Positions 1 to 12,556 of a stretch of DNA of 64,000 nt are shown piece by piece. The notes under the pieces are model-generated. The model was given only the letters and a program-made list of their open reading frames with translations, was not told the origin of the DNA and did not search any database. Made by a program: the position numbers and the translations under genes. The stretch is from Mobula hypostoma (taxonomy: Eukaryota), in assembly GCF_963921235.1 (NCBI RefSeq), contig NC_086097.1:30072001-30136000 (forward strand). Reading direction: 5' to 3'. Numbering within the stretch: the first letter of the stretch is position 1; each line of letters begins with the position of its first letter.

Positions 1-1028
1 TAAATATACCCATGGTCTTGTTCTCCACCTTAGTTTGTGGCACAGCATTCCACAGATTCACTACTCTCTGGCTAAAAAAAATTCCTCCTCAACTCTGTTC
101 TAAAAACTTACCCCTCAATTTTGAGGACATGCCCTCTAGTTTTGGATATCCCCACCATAGAAAACATCCTCTCCACATTCACCTTATCTAGTCCTTTCAA
201 CATTTGGTAGGTTTCAATGAGATCCCCCTGAATTTTTCTAAATTCCAGTAAGTACAGGCACAAAGCTGCCAAACGTTCCATATATGTTAACCCCTTCATT
301 CCCAGAATCATCCTTGTGAACCTCCTCTGGACTCTCTCCATTGAGAACACATCCTTTCTGAGATATGGGACCAAAACTGTTGACAATACTCCATGTGTGG
401 CCTGACTACTGCCTTATAAAGGCTCAGCATTATCTCCATTTTTAGATTCTATTCCCCTTGAAATAAATGCCAACACTGCATTTCCCTTCTTTACCACAGA
501 CTCAACCTGTAAATTAACCTTCTGGGAGTGTTGCACGAGGACTCCCAAGTCCCTCTGCACCTCTGATGTTTGAACCTTCTCCCCATTTAGATAATAGTCT
601 GCACTATTGTTCCTTTTTCCAAAATGCATATCATACATTTCCCAGCACTGTATTCATCTGCCACATTTTTGTCCATTCTTCCATTTTGTCCATCCTGCTT
701 CTATTGCATTGCTTCCTCAGCACTACCTACCCCTCCACCTATCTTTGTATCATCTGCAAACTTTGCCAAAAAGCCATCAATTCCATTATCAAAATCACAG
801 ATAAACAATGTGCAATGTAGCGGTCTCAATACTGACCCAAGGAACACCATTAGTCACTGGCAGCCAACCAGAAAAGGCCCCCTTTATTCCCACTCGATGC
901 CTCCTGGCTGTCAGCCATTCCTCTATCCATGCCAGTATCTTTTTTGTAACACCATAGGATTTTATCTTGTTAAGCAGCCTCATGAGTGACACCTTATCAA
1001 ATGTCTTCTGACAATCCAAAAAAATATA

Positions 1029-1897
1029 TCAGAATCAGGTTTATTATCACCAGCATATGTCATGAAATTTGTTAACAGCCACAGCAGTCCAATGCAATAC
1101 ATAATAAAGAAGAAATAATAATAATAAGTAAATCAATTACAGTATACGCATATTGAATAGATTAAAGATCGTGCAAAATATATATTAAAAAGTGGGGTAG
1201 TGTTCACAGGTTCAATGTCCATTTAGGAATTGGATGGCAGAGGGGAAGAAGCTGTTCCTGAATCGCTGAGTGTGTGCCTTCAGGCTTCTGTGCCTCATAC
1301 CTGATGGTAACAGTGAGAAAAGGGCATGCCCTGGGTGCTGGAGGTCCTTAATACTGGACACTGCCTTTCTGAGTCACCACTCCTTGAAGATATCCTGGGT
1401 ACCTTGTAGGCTAGTACCCAAGATGGAGCTGACTAGATATACAACCTTCTGCAGCTTCTTTCGGTCCTGTGCAGTAGCCCCTCCATACCAGACAGTGATA
1501 CAACCTGTCAGAATGCTCTCCATGGTACAACTGTAGAAATTTTTGAGTATATTTGTTGACATGCCAAATCTCTTCAAACTCCTAATGAAGTATAGTCACT
1601 GTCTTGCCTTGTTTATAACCTAATGGATATGCTGGGACCAGGTTAGATCCTCAGAGATCTTGACACCCAGGGACTTGAAACTACTCACTCTCTCCAGTTC
1701 TGATCCCTCTGTGAGGATTGGTATGTGTTCCTTCATCTTCCCTTTCCTGAAGTCCACAATTAGCTCTTTCATCTTACTGACGTTGAGTACAAGGTTGTTT
1801 CTGCAATACCACTCCACTAGTTGGCATATCTCACTCTTGTACGTCCTCCTGTCTCTACCTGAGATTCTACCAACAGTGGTTGTATCATCAGCAAATC
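1029..1897 (-). mobile_element. Rex1/Babar-like LINE, 5'-truncated (RT C-terminus and 3' UTR)
   Basis: FADDTT at ~1897-1878; LNVSKMKELIVDFRK; ESILTGCITVWYG; 3' end AATAAACCTGATTCTG on minus; same family as 31088-32673. Confidence 0.8.
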
Positions 1898-2866
1898 CAC
1901 TGTCTCTCCTTTGTCCACCCTGCTAGTTACTTCCTCGAAGAACTTCCTCCGGGACCATGCCAGAATCAAGTGATTCGTGAAAGATCATGACCAATGCATC
2001 CGTTATCTCTTCAGCAACCTTTCTCAGGACTCTGGGTTATAGTTCATCTGGCTGGAGTGACTTACCTTTCAATTTGTTTAGTACTTTTTCCTTTGTAATA
2101 GCAATGGCACTTACTCCTGCTCCTTAACACTCACAGACCTCTGGCACACTATTAGTGTCTTCCACAGGGACTATTGTTGCAAAGTACTCCTTAAGTTCAT
2201 CTGCCATTTCTTTGTCCCCCCCGCCCCATTACTACCTCACCAGCATCATTTTCTAATGGTCCAATATCAACTCTCACCTCCCTTTTGCTCTTCATTATAA
2301 CTGAAAAAACTTGTTTCCTGCTTTATACTATTGGCTAGTTTGCCTTCACATTTCATGTTTTCCCTCTTATAGCTTTTTTAGTTGCCTTTTGTTGGATTTT
2401 AAAAGCTTCCCTATCATCCAACTTCCCACTCACTTTTGCTACCTCATATGCTCTTTCCTTGGCTTTTAGCAGTCCTTAACTTCCCTTGTCAGCTATTGTT
2501 GTCTACCCCTACCATTCAAAAATTCCTGTGGGACATTTCTATTCTATGCCTTGTGAACTATTCCCAGAGACCTCAGCCATCTCTGCTCCACCATTATCCC
2601 CGCCAGTATCCTCCCCCAATCCACCCAGACAAGCTCCTCTCACATGCCTCCGTAATTCCCTTAATTCCACTGTGATACTAATACATGTGATTTATGCTTC
2701 TCACTTTGAAATTGCTGTATGAATTTAATCATGTTATGATCACTGCCTCCCAAGGGTCCTTTTTACATTAAGTTCCCTAATAAGATCTGGGTTATTACAC
2801 AAGACTCAATCGAAGATAGCCTTTCCCCGAGTAGGCTCAAGCACAAACTGCTCTAAAAAAGCCATC

Positions 2867-3028
2867 ATGAGGAAATCCGAAAATCCCTCCCCCTCCCACT
2901 TTCAAATCTCTTACTAACTCTTCTTTCAGTTAGTCCTGACGAAGGGTCTCGGCCCAAAACGTCAACTGTACCTCTTCCTAGAGATGCTTCTGGCCTGCTG
3001 CGTTCACCAGAAACTTTTATGTGTGTTG
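2867..3028 (+). mobile_element. PLE-terminus mini-insertion with decayed hammerhead (2932-2967)
   Basis: Matches the PLE 3' end at 26340-26490; GAAA changed to AAAA; imperfect TSD ctaaaaa(a)gcca(t/c)c at 2853-2866 and 3029-3041. Confidence 0.85.
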
Positions 3029-3653
3029 CTAAAAAGCCACCTCATAGGCATTCAACAAATTCCCTCTCCTGCAATCCGACACCAACCTGATTTTTCTAAT
3101 CTCCTTGCACATTGAAGTCCCCCATTACAATTGTGACACTACCCCTACTACATGCCTTTTCCAGCTCCCTTTGCTATCTCAACCCCACATCTTGGCTACT
3201 ATTTAGAGGCCTACATATGATTCCCATAATGGTTTTTTACCCTTGCAATTTCTTAACTCCACCCACAAAGATTCAACATTCTTTGACCCTATGTCACCTC
3301 TTTCTAAAGATGCAATTACACCTCTTAGCAACAGAACCATATCAATGCCCATGCCTTCCTGCCTATGGTCGATATTAGGTCTATCCTTTGATGTTAAGCT
3401 CCTATCTTCTGCCACGACTCAGTGATGCTCACGTCATACCGACCAATCTGTAACTGTGCCACAAGTTCGTTGACCTTATACCAAATGCTACGCACATTTA
3501 AATACAGCACCTTCAGTCCTACAACCTTTTGAATTTTCCCTCTGTGGTACAATTTCTTTGCTCTCTCTGCATTTGTACCTAATCATTGGCTTGTCCTTCC
3601 TTACATTCAAGTTACACCCATTATCTACTTGTAAACCTGCTGGCTCATCCTCA

Positions 3654-3845
3654 AACAACAGGAATTCTGCAGATGCTGGAAATTCAAGCAACACAGATCA
3701 AAGTTGCTGGTGAACGCAGTAGGCCAGGCAGCATCTCTAGGAAGAGGTGCAATCGACGTTTCAGGTCTCGGCCTGAAACGTTGACTGCACTTCTTCCTAG
3801 AGATGCTGCCTGGCCTGCTGCGTTCACCAGCAACTTTGATGTGTG
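3654..3845. mobile_element. Fold-back (palindromic) PLE-derived mini-element
   Basis: 74-bp inverted arms 3692-3765 and 3772-3845; exact 13-bp TSD tggctcatcctca at 3641-3653 and 3846-3858. Confidence 0.92.
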
Positions 3846-4415
3846 TGGCTCATCCTCAGCTCTGTCATACTGGTTCCCATTCCCCAGTCATGTTAGTTTA
3901 AACCACTCCCTACAGCTCTAGTAAACCTGCCCGCAAAGATATTGGTCCCCGTCAGATTCAAGTGCAACCTGTTCCTTTTATACAGGTCACACCTGCCCCA
4001 GAAGAGGTCCCAATTATCCAGAAATCTGACTCCCTGCCACCTGCTCCAATTCTTCAGGCCGAGCGGCATACTCCTGTTTGTATTTTCTTATGTTCTTGTA
4101 CTAAAGGACAATGGGACAGGGTGAGAGATGAGAGTGGAGTAATTACACAATGCAAGAGTTATTTTAGATACAAAGAGTTCATTCAAACTATATCCACATT
4201 TCTCTCCTTGAGTTCAAGTCTAACTGGTTCTTAGTGCATACGTTCTTCTGTATTTATTTATTTTCCTGTAAATACCTGCAAGAAAATGAATCCCAAAGCA
4301 GTACGTAGCAATGTATATGTAGTTTAATAATAAACTTTGACTTTGATTTCAAGTCAGTGCCTGGTCTCTCCTTTCCCTTTCTCCGCAACATCCTTAACTT
4401 CCTCAGGTTAAAGTT

Positions 4416-7400
4416 CATAGAAACATGGAAAACCTACAGCACAATACAGGCTCTGTGGCCCACAAAGTTGTGCCGAATATATCCTTACCTTAGAAATTAC
4501 CTAGGGTTACCCATAGTCCTCTATTATTCTAAGCTCCATGTACCTATTCAGGAGTCTTTTAAAAGACCCTGTCGTATCCGCCTCCACCACTGTCGCTGGC
4601 AGAGCATTCCACGCACTCACCACTCTCTGCGTAAAAAACTTACCCCTGACATCTCCTCTGTACCTACTTTCAAGCATCTTGAAACTGAGCCCTCTCATGC
4701 TAGCCATTTCAGCCCTGGGAAAAAGCCTCTGACTATCCACACGATCAATGCCTCTCATCATCTTATACACCTCTGTTAGGTCACCTCTCATCCTCCATCT
4801 CTCCAAGGAGAAAATGCCGAGTTCACTCAACCTATTCTCATAAGGCATCCTCCACAATCCAGGCAACATCCTTGTAAATCCCTCTGCACCCTTTCGATGG
4901 TTTCCACATCCTTTCTATAGTGAAGCGACCAGAACTGAGCACAGTACTTCAAGTGGGGTCTGATCAGGGTCCTATATAGCTACAACATTACCTCTCTGCT
5001 CCTGAACTCAATCCAACAACTGATGAAGGCCAATGCACTGTATGCCTTAACCACAGATTCAACCTGCGCAGCAGCTTTGAGTGTCCTATGGGCTCAGACC
5101 CCAAGATCTGTCTGATCCTCCACAATGCCAAGAGTCTTACCATTAATAATATTTTCTGCCATCATATTTGACCTACCAAAATAAACCATCTCACACTTAT
5201 CTAGGTTGAACTCCATCTGCCACTTCTCAGCCCAGTTTTGCATCCTATCAATGTCCCGCCGTAACCTCTGACAGCCCTCCACACGATCCACAACACACCC
5301 AACCATTGTGTCATCAGCAAATTTACTAACCCATCCCTCCACTTCCTCATCCGGGTCATTTATAAAAATCACAAAGAGTAGGGGGTCCCAGAACAGATCC
5401 CTGAGGCACACCACTGGTCACCAACCTCCATGCAGAATATGACCCGTCTACAACCACTCTTTTCCTTCTGTGGGCAAGCTATTTCTGGATCCACAAAGCA
5501 ATGTCCCCTTGGATCCCACGCCTCCCTACTTTCTCAATAAGCCTTGCATGTGATACCTTATCAAATGCACCTTGCTGAAATCCATATACACTACATATGC
5601 TCTATCTTCAATGTGTTTAGTCACATCCTCAAAAAATTCAATCAGGCGCGTAAGGCACAACCCGCCTTTGACAAAGCCATGCTGACTATTCCTAATCATA
5701 CTATGCCTCTCCAAATTTTCATAAATCCTACCTCTCAGGACCTTCTCCATCAACTTACCAACCACTGAAGTAAGACTAACTGGTCTATAATTTCCTGGGC
5801 TATCTCTACTCCCTTTCTTGAATAAGGGAACACATCCACAATCCTCCAATTCTCCAGAACCTCTCCCGTCCCCATTGATGATGCAAAGATCATCGCCAGA
5901 GGCTCAGCAATCTCCTCCCTTGCCTCCCACAGTAGCCTGGGGTACATCTCCTCTGGGCCTGGTGACTTATCCAACTTGATATTTTCCTAAAGCTCCAGCA
6001 CATCCTGTTTCTTAATATCTACATGCTCAAGCTTTCCAATCCACTGTAAGTCATACCTACAATCACCAGGATCCTTTTCCGTGGTGAATACAGTTCCATA
6101 CACACTTTTCCACTGTCACATTTGATAGCTCCTATTCGCTCACGTCTTATGAGCTCCCTCACGGGAGCTAGGGCTTTACTCTTTGGAGAGAAGGAGGATG
6201 AGAGGAGACATGATAGAGGTGTACAAGATAATAAGAGGAATAGATAGAGTGGATAGCCAGCACCTCTTCCCCAGGGCACCACTGCTCAATACAAGAGGAC
6301 ATGGCTTTAAGGTAAGGGGTGGGAAGTTCAAGGGGGATATTAGAGGAAGGTTTTTTTACTCAGAGAGTGGTTGGTGCGTGGAATGCACTGCCTGAGTCAG
6401 TGGTGGAGGCAGATACACTAGTGAAGTTTAAGAGACTACTAGACAGGTATATGGAGGAATTTAAGGTAGGGGCTTATATGGGAGGCAGGGTTTGACGGTC
6501 GGCACAGCATTGTGGGCTGAAGGGCCTGTACTGTGCTGTACTATTCTATGTTCCATGTTCTATGTCTTATCCTCTTGCTCTTCACATACTTGTAGAATGC
6601 TTTGGGGTTTTCCTTAATCTTGTCCGCCAAGGCCTTTTCATGGCCCCTTCTGGCTCTCCTAATTTCATTCTCCAGCTCCTTCCTGCTAGCCTTATAATCT
6701 TCTAGATCTCTATCATTACCTAGTTTTTTTGAAACTTTCATAAGCTTTTCTTTTCTTCTTGGCTAAAGTTACAACAGCCTTTGTACACCACGGTTCGTGT
6801 ACCCTATCATACTTTCCCTGTCTCATTGGAACATACCAATGCAGAACTCCACGCAAATATCCCCTGAACATTAGCCACATTTCTTCCATACATTTCCCTG
6901 AAAACATCTGTTCCCAATTTATGCTCCCAAGTTCCTGTTTGATAGCCTCATATTTTCCCCTACTCCAATTAAACTCTTTCCCAACTTGTCTGTTCCTATC
7001 CCTCTTCAATGCTCTGGTAAAGGAGATAGAATTGTGATCGCTATCTCCAAAACGCTCTCCCACTGAGAGTCCTGACACCTGACCGGGTTCATTTCCCAAT
7101 ACCAGATCAAGTACAGCCTCTCCTCTTGTAGGCTTATCTACATACTAAGTCAAGAAACCTTCCTAAACACACCTAACAAACTCCACCCCATCTAAACTCC
7201 TCGCTCTAGGGAGATCCCAATCGATATTAGGGAAATTAAAATCTCCCACCATGACAACTCTGTTATTATTACCTTTCCAGAATCTGTCTCCCTATCTGCT
7301 CCTCAATGTCCCTGTTACTATTGGGAGATCTATATAAAAAAAAAAGCACCCAGTAGAATTATTGACCCGTTCCTGTTCCTAACTTCCACCCATAGAGACT

Positions 7401-8980
7401 CCGTAGACAATCCCCCGATGACTTCCACCTTTTCTGCAGCCGTGACACTTTCTCTGATCAACAGTGCCATGCCCCCACCTCTTTTGCCTCCCTCCCTGCC
7501 CTTTCTGAAACATCTAAAGCCTGGCACTCTAGGTAACCATTTGTGCCCCTGAGCCATCCAAGTCTCTGTAATGGCCACAACGTCATAGCTCCAAGTACTG
7601 ATCCATGCTCTAAGACCATCGGCTTCATTCATAATACTCCTTGCATTAAAATAGACACATCTCAAACCATCGGTCTGAGTGCATCCCTTCTCTTTCACCT
7701 GCCTATCCTCCCTCTCGCACTGTCTCCAAGCTTTCTCTATGTGAGCCAACCTCCTCTTCCCCAGTCTCTTCAGTTCAGTTTCCACCCCCCAGCAATTCTA
7801 GTTTAAACTCTCCCCAATAGCCTTAGCAAACCTCCCAGCCAGGATATTGGTCCCCCTCGGATTCAAGTGCAACCTGTCCTTTTTGTACAGGTCACACCTG
7901 CCCCAAAAGAGGTCCCAATGATTCAGAAATCTGAATCCTTGCCCCTTGCTCCAATCCCTCAGACACGCATTTAGCCTCCACCTCACTGTCACGTGGCACA
8001 GGCAGTAATCCTGAGATTACTACCTTTGTGGTCCTGCTTCTCAACTTCCTTCCTAACTCCCTGTAGTCTGCTTTCAAGACCTCCTCCCTTTTCCTACCTA
8101 TGTCATTGGTACCAATATGTACCATGACCTCCGGCTGTTCTCCTTTCCACTTCAGGATATCATGATGCGATCAGAAACATCCCGGACTCTGGCACCTAGA
8201 AGGCAACCTACCATCCGTGTTTCTTTCCTGCGTCTACAGAATCGCCTGTCTAACCCCCTAACTATAGAGTCCCCCATCACTGCTGCCATCCTCTTCCTTC
8301 CCTATCCTTCTGAGCACAGGGCCAGACTCTGTGCCAGAGGCACTGCCACTGTTGCTTCCCCCAGGTAGGCTGTCCCCCCAACAGTACTTAAGCAGGAGTT
8401 CTGATTGTTAAGGGGGACAGCCACAGGGGTACTCTCCAGCATCTGACTCCTGCCTTTCCCTCTCCTGACTGTTAACTGCTTATCTGTCTCCCGAGGCCCC
8501 GGTGTGACTACCTGCCTGTAGGTCCTATGTATCACCTCCTCACTCTCCCTGACTAGATGAAGGTTAATGAGCTGCATCTCCAGTTCCCTAACGTGGTCCC
8601 TAAGGAGCTGCAGCTCCACACTCCTGGTGCAGATGTGGCCGTCCAGTAGGCTGGGATTTTCCAGGACTTCCCACATCTGACACCGAGCACAGAACACTGG
8701 CCTCACACACATATGTTTCATGTCCGTATTCTACTAGGCAACCTACCTCGCCTCGACCAATTATCACCGAAGCCCCGTTGAACCAAAGCCCTCCTACTCT
8801 GTCTCCCTCTACTCTGTTGCCCGCTTTATAAAGCTATCTCCTTCTAACCGGCTGACATCCATGCACTTGTGCAGTCATGCCTCGATCAAACTGCTGAAGA
8901 AATAACCGTCTCCTTTTAAACTCTTCTCGCTGTTCTAACCGGCTGATATCCACGTGCTTGCTCAGTCATGCCTCATTCAA
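4416..8980 (-). mobile_element. Near full-length CR1 LINE (5' UTR, ORF1, ORF2, TTCTATG-type tail); frameshifted and inactive
   Basis: ORF1 pieces CARCQMWE, VHIGTND, DRLHLN; ORF2 pieces CVYFNARS, DSDHN, DKSPGP, NYRPVSLTS, KFADDT; 3' tail at ~4416. Confidence 0.92.
6151..6563 (+). mobile_element. 5'-truncated CR1 3' fragment nested in the 4416-8980 CR1
   Basis: ERRRMRGDMIEVYKI...TRGHGFK; (TTCTATG)n tail; TSD gtcttat at 6144-6150 and 6564-6570. Confidence 0.9.
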
Positions 8981-8995
8981 GTATTTTGTCATCTG

Positions 8996-9030
8996 ACTGT
9001 GTGTGTGTGTGTGTATATATTTATACACAC
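8996..9030. repeat. (TG)n/(TA)n microsatellite
   Basis: Read directly. Confidence 0.85.
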
Positions 9031-9609
9031 AGAGCGTACAACCAAACAAAAGCATGTTCTCTGGACCATGATGCACCAACAAGACATACATCACAAATAA
9101 GTTGAAAATATAATTCAAAATGCATGTAGTATGCAGCACAGATAAACAGTAAACAGCTCACTGTCCTAGTGATGAGACCTTGGAGGTGGTAGGGTATGCA
9201 TTAGTCTCACAGCCTGAGGAAAGAAGCTGTTACCAGTCTGGCAGTCCTTGTCTTGATGCTATTGTACCTCCTTCTTGATGGTAGTGGATCAAAGAGATTG
9301 TGGGATTGATGGTAGCAATCCTCAACAATGCTTCAGGTCCTTTGTATACAACACTCCCAGTAAATGTCACAAGTAGGGGAGAGGATGACTCTGGTAATCA
9401 TCCTAATCTCCCAAACTGATCAGCCAAAATACAATCAGTTCTCCTCCAGCAACCAAGTCTTCAACTGCTAAGGCTTAATCAATGGAATCCTCTCCTTCAA
9501 CCTCACTATTTTCCTTTCATCCTTTGTGTTGTTGTTTAAAATTTAGAATCAAGATTTTTGCTGTCTGCCCTAAAATCTCCTTATGTGGCTCTGTATCACT
9601 TATGATATG

Positions 9610-10283
9610 GTAGCATCTCTACTTTCTTAGAGGTTTACATAGATTCAGCATGTCATGTGATACTTTGACAGACTTCTAGAGATGCACAGTGTTGAATATC
9701 CTAACTGGTTGCATCACAGCCTGGTATGGAAACACCAATACCCAAGAATGGAAAAGCCTACAAAAAGTAGTGGACACAGCCCAGTCCATCACAAGAAAAG
9801 CCCTCCATACTATTGAGCTCATCCACAAAGAGCACTGTCACAAGAAAGCATCCATCTTCAAGGACCCGCATCATCGAGGCCCTGCTCTCTTCTCATTGTT
9901 ACCATTAAAAAGGAAATACAGAAGCCTTAGGCCCCACACCACCAGGCTCAGGAACAGTTATTACCCTTCAACCATCAGGCTCCTGAACTAGTGTGGACAC
10001 CTTCACTCATCACAATACTGAACCTATCATTGAACATAATCTATAGACTCACTTTCAAGGACTCTACAACTCATGTTCCCAGTATATTTATCTACTCATT
10101 TGTTTATTATTATTATTTCAGGTTTCTTTTTTGTTTTGTACAGATTTTCAGCCTTTGCTGACATGAAATTTTTCACTGATTTTATTACACTATTTTGTTC
10201 TACTGTGAATGCCTGCAAGAAAATGAAACTCAGGGTAGTATTTGGTGATATATTTGTACTTTGACAATAAGTTTACTTTGAAC
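9610..10283 (+). mobile_element. Rex1/Babar-like LINE 3' fragment
   Basis: ILTGCITAWYGN...TTRLRNSYYPSTIRLLN*; 3' UTR ending gacaataagtttactttgaact. Confidence 0.75.
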
Positions 10284-10374
10284 TCACCTTAAAGCCATGT
10301 CCTTTAGTACTTGACATTTCTACCTTGGGAGAAAAAAAGACTCTACTTCTCTTAACTTTACAAGCCTCTGTCAG

Positions 10375-10907
10375 TTCTTCTTCTTCTTCTATTTCCGGCG
10401 CTGTTTAGACGCATCTAGGCATATCACAGCCCTCCGCAGGATGTATAATTAATTATAGAACTTGAAGGAACTCAAATTCTCGAATACAACCTAGTCTCAC
10501 GTATAAACTGAATAATAGACTCTTCAATCAGATGTTGATTCTCTTGATGGCCAAACAAAGATTTAATAGAAAACCAAAATAAATTTAAGCCAGATAGCCT
10601 CTTGAACAACATGCTTCTTTCAATTTTGTATCGATTACAGCTCAGCAAAACATGCTGGACTGTCTCTGGACTACCACAGTCACATAATCCAGTAGGATGT
10701 TTTCCTATTATCTTTAAATAATAGTTCAACCCACAATGCCCCAACCTAAGTCTTGTAAATTTCACCATATCTCTATGACTTAAAAAGTAACAGTCTGAGA
10801 CCTTTTTAACTACTGGGTGACTAGAAAAATAATGCCTGCCTCATAATTCATTTTTCCAATCCTCCTGCCACTTCTTCTCTATACCTTTTTTAATCCTACT
10901 TCTCAAT
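10375..10907 (-). mobile_element. I-group (Nimb-like) LINE 3' end with C-terminal CCHC finger, inserted in a CR1 fragment
   Basis: ORF 10472-10768 has RLRLGH and CDC-x7-H-x4-C; (GAA)n tail at 10375-10390; TSD tctgtcag at 10367-10374 and 10908-10915. Confidence 0.8.
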
Positions 10908-11889
10908 TCTGTCAGGTCTCTCTTCAGCATCTGCCGTTCCAGAGAAAGCAATCCAAGTGTGTCCAACCTCTCCTTATAACTAATACCTGTATGTTTCCAA
11001 TACTTCCTCTCTAGTACTCTCTGTAGTGCAGTAGTCAAAACCCGCGCACAGTACTCTAGCTGGAGCTTAACTATTGATCCAATGAGACTGCCCTACTTTT
11101 GCAATCTGTGCTGGCAATCACTTCACTTATTACCACTCTCACATACCAACCACCTGCAAAATAGTGTCGTGCAGATGATATTCAAGATTCACCATTGTTT
11201 ACAGTCATTCTTCAGTACACGAGCATAAAGCAGAACTAAATGCTGCTGCTCTGGATCTGATGCAGCATAAAAAACACAATAAACATAAAAAAAAACATAA
11301 ATACAAAAACAATCCTATAAAACACAATGTATATCTAATTGATGAGTGTGGCCATATAAGATTAGCTTATATACTAGATTGATTGTATTTACATAAAGTG
11401 ATGGTGGGTACAGGAGTACCTCTTCGAAACTCGATGACCATTGGCTCCATACAGTGGGTGGTTTGCTACAACTGTTCGAGAGGGTTTAAATTAATTTGGC
11501 AGAAGTGATAAGGCTGAGGATGGGGCAGTTGGCTTACACACAGAGGCAGTGTGTAGTGAAACTGCTAGGAAGGAAAGGCTGATGATAAAGCAAAATTGCA
11601 ATCACTGGGATGAGTTGCAATGTAAAAGGGGGACAAAATCGAAAAGGGTGATAAATACAGGACTGAAGGTGTTATATTTGAATGCACGCTGTATATGAAA
11701 CAAAGTAGATGAACTTTAGCACAGTTACAGATTGGCATGTATGACATTGTGGGCCTCACTGAAAAGTGGCTGAATAAAGATCACAGTTGGGAGCTTAATG
11801 TCCAAGGATACACATTGTATCAAAAGGACAGGCAGCTAGGCAGAGGGTATGGGGTAGCTCTGTAGGTAAAAAATGAAATCAAATCATTA

Positions 11890-12556
11890 TGTAAGGGGGT
11901 TTCGTCTCTTACGTTACTGCATAGGCTAATTAAAATGACTTCTTTGTTATGTTAAACGCTGAGAAAGTTTTTGCGCTAGCAGCTTGTTTGGGTTAGGCGC
12001 TGATAAGAAGATGTTATGAACCAATTGGGATAGTTGTTATGATTTTGGTGTATCTGGAAGATTTGAATGCGCGGGGTTTTAGGGGCAGAAGGCGGGAGAG
12101 AGAGACAGAGGATGGACCAGGTGCTATGATGTCTGCTAACGGGGTCGGACCCCGAGGAGGGCGTTTGGCGAGGAGGCGGAGATGGACTCGTGTGGAGCAT
12201 CTGGTCGACCACCGTTGTTGGTCCCAGGTGGCCGGTCGAGGTGGTCCGAGGGGTCACAGGGTGAAGAAGAAGGGTCCTGAGCTCCAACTGTTTGTGCACG
12301 AAGAGATTGAACTTTGATAAGTGTGGCGCCTTTGATTTTCCTTTTATATTTTATTCTCTATTAATTATATAGCTCCAGTAATATCTATAAACTGTAAATC
12401 ATTTAATCGTATCCAGTGTATTGTCTATTATTTGGGCAGGGTGGGGTACATCACACAGCATCCACACAAACTAGTTACCCAGTTTGGCAGGGCCGAGGGC
12501 TGTTTCCCTAGATGACAGCGAGCCGAGCGACCCTGAGGTTGGCCAGGGGGGTTACA
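11890..12556. mobile_element. Solo LTR (667 bp; Gypsy- or ERV-type)
   Basis: TGTAA...TTACA termini; 4-bp TSD atta at 11886-11889 and 12557-12560; interrupts a CR1 cleanly. Confidence 0.85.

Larger units (their letters stand above)
1..4055 (-). mobile_element. Old, internally deleted CR1-clade LINE (ORF1 end, APE, RT C-terminus), interrupted by a Rex-like LINE and two PLE mini-insertions
   Basis: Minus-strand ORF fragments with CR1 motifs (MDCQKTFDKV, HFGKRN, QRDLGVLV, ERVQRRFTRMI, ESLWVELRN); ORF1 end TTTAAACTAA at 3902-3893. Confidence 0.85.
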
